Notes under the pieces: generated by a model
Database searches by the model: none
Told to the model about the DNA's origin: nothing
What the model saw: the letters and a program-made list of their open reading frames with translations, nothing else
Assembly: GCF_030758295.1 (NCBI RefSeq)
Contig: NZ_CP132335.1
Location: 812,412 to 844,411 of the forward strand
DNA: 32,000 nucleotides
Reading direction: 5' to 3'
DNA from: Pararhizobium sp. IMCC21322
Lineage (GTDB): Bacteria; Pseudomonadota; Alphaproteobacteria; Rhizobiales; GCA-2746425
Shown here: positions 30,876 through 32,000 of the stretch, piece by piece
Layout: each line of letters begins with the position of its first letter
Position numbering within the stretch: the stretch's first letter is position 1
Translations under genes and position numbers: made by a program

Positions 30876-32000
30876 TTATCCTTTGATTTTGCGAGCGACA
30901 TTCGATCTCGTCGAGTGTTGGTCGATGCGCGCCGCGAAAGCGGCGACCGCGATCGCGAGGCTTGGAAAGAGGGCTGAGACCAGCGGCAGGACGACAAAGC
31001 CCGGGCCGTGGTCGATCACCATGCCGCCCGCCCATGCACCGATCGCGTTGCCGAGGTTGAAGGCGGCAATGTTGAAGCTCGATGCCAGTGTTTGCCCGGC
31101 ACCCTCGGCCTTAGCGAGCACCCACATTTGCAAAGGCGCCACCGTCGCGAAGCCGGCAATTCCAAGCAGCCCGACGAAAATCACAGCGGCAACGCGATCC
31201 TGGAACGCGAACGTCATGAGGCCGAGAACGACAGCGAGAAATCCCAGCGTGCCAAGTATCGCTGGAACGAGACGAAAATCCGCCAATCGTCCGCCAATCA
31301 GATTGCCAACCACCAGGCCGATGCCGAAGATCAGAAGGATTGGCGACACCGCGTTCTCGGCAAAACCGGTAACTGTCTTTAGGATAGGCGCGATATAAGT
31401 GAACACTGCGAAGACACCGGCATAGCCGAGCACCGTCGTCAGAAGTCCAAGCACTACCGGACGCCGGGCGATGGCTCTCAGATCGGTGCGCCAATCGCTT
31501 GCTTCCGGCGTAGCCTTGTCTCTGGGAACGAACAGAATGATAACGGCAAGCGCCAGAAGACCGACGACTGTCACCGCCCAGAAGGCCGACCGCCAGCCAA
31601 ATTGCTGGCCAAGCCAGGTTCCAAAGGGCACCCCAAGGACTGTCGCGAGCGTCAGACCGGTGAACATGATGGCAATGGCAGACGCCTTGCGATCGGGCGC
31701 AACCAGTCCTGTTGCGACGACGGCCCCGACCCCGAAGAAGGTGCCGTGGGTCATCGCCGTCAGCACCCGCGCCGCCATTAAAAACCCGTAACTCGGCGCC
31801 AACGCACAAGCAGCGTTCCCAACGACGAAGATGACCATCAGTCCGATCAGAACGACCTTGCGTGGCCATCGAGTCGTTAGAGCGGTCAGCAAAGGCGCGC
31901 CGACCACCACGCCCAATGCGTAACCGGAAATCAGAAGCCCCGCCGCCGAGATCGAGATGTCCAGATCGCTGCTGACCTCAAGCAGCAAACCCATAATGAC
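30876..32000 (-). CDS. MFS transporter (sugar/purine-efflux-like), N-terminus outside the window
   Basis: The frame stays open to nt 32000 (..VIMGLLLEVSSDLDISISAAGLLISGYALGVVVGAP..), which is the usual region after TM1 of this MFS subfamily. Multiple TM helices are present. Confidence 0.85.
   Translation of the reverse strand, partial: VIMGLLLEVSSDLDISISAAGLLISGYALGVVVGAPLLTALTTRWPRKVVLIGLMVIFVVGNAACALAPSYGFLMAARVLTAMTHGTFFGVGAVVATGLVAPDRKASAIAIMFTGLTLATVLGVPFGTWLGQQFGWRSAFWAVTVVGLLALAVIILFVPRDKATPEASDWRTDLRAIARRPVVLGLLTTVLGYAGVFAVFTYIAPILKTVTGFAENAVSPILLIFGIGLVVGNLIGGRLADFRLVPAILGTLGFLAVVLGLMTFAFQDRVAAVIFVGLLGIAGFATVAPLQMWVLAKAEGAGQTLASSFNIAAFNLGNAIGAWAGGMVIDHGPGFVVLPLVSALFPSLAIAVAAFAARIDQHSTRSNVARKIKG

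Noticed and set aside
1-32000. A search by eye for tRNA/rRNA genes, CRISPR-like regularly spaced repeats, transposase or integrase genes, toxin-antitoxin pairs and known defence-system signatures.
   Set aside because: Nothing supports any of these. The only regularly spaced repeats are the three iterons and the 12-mers in repA and the 21-bp duplication at 2484, and none has CRISPR-like architecture.

Overview
This 32-kb window comes from a moderately GC-rich proteobacterial replicon; sampled 60-nt lines of the core genes run about 55-68% GC by hand count.

Backbone (nt 1 to ~24,980, every gene on the + strand): this is the maintenance and transfer backbone of a conjugative element, either an ICE or a conjugative plasmid. 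The gene order is the one I associate with alphaproteobacterial ICEMlSym/Tn4371-like elements. In order:
- Toprim protein (5' truncated)
- DUF2493/SLOG protein
- small membrane protein
- DUF736
- XRE regulator
- stand-alone DUF2285 protein
- a split DUF6499+DUF2285 activator
- excisionase-type HTH
- RepA
- DUF2840
- TraF (S26 peptidase)
- second DUF736
- lytic transglycosylase
- MOBP-like relaxase
- TraG coupling protein
- RHH regulator
- TrbB-C-D-E-J-K(alt)-L-F-G-I
- DUF2274

Between the RHH gene and trbB the transfer region is interrupted by a visibly AT-richer insertion. It carries a divergent HxlR regulator and NmrA-type oxidoreductase pair.

Right-hand region (~24,943 to the window end, all genes on the - strand): these genes look like cargo or flanking DNA. 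They are LysR, MFS, MerR, a paralogous second LysR, aldo/keto reductase, SGNH/GDSL hydrolase and a truncated MFS.

Most interesting signals:
1. An activator gene yields a full-length protein only through a +1 frame change at CGA-UUU-C (FseA-like recoding). It is preceded by an XRE gene and a truncated DUF2285 paralogue, which together may form a switch.
2. An origin-like array is buried in the 3' end of the repA ORF: two DnaA-box-like sites, three phased 16-bp iterons and three AT-rich 12-mers. No parA is present.
3. A candidate oriT with two hairpins and an ATCCTG/C nick-type motif lies upstream of the relaxase gene.
4. A foreign AT-rich cassette splits the transfer genes.
5. At ~24.94-25.02 kb two convergent ORFs run into each other and composition changes.

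I see no rRNA, tRNA, CRISPR array, transposase or integrase in this window.

Note on the ORF track: it shows alternative start codons (TTG/GTG) as M, and many listed ORFs are off-frame or antisense shadows of real genes.
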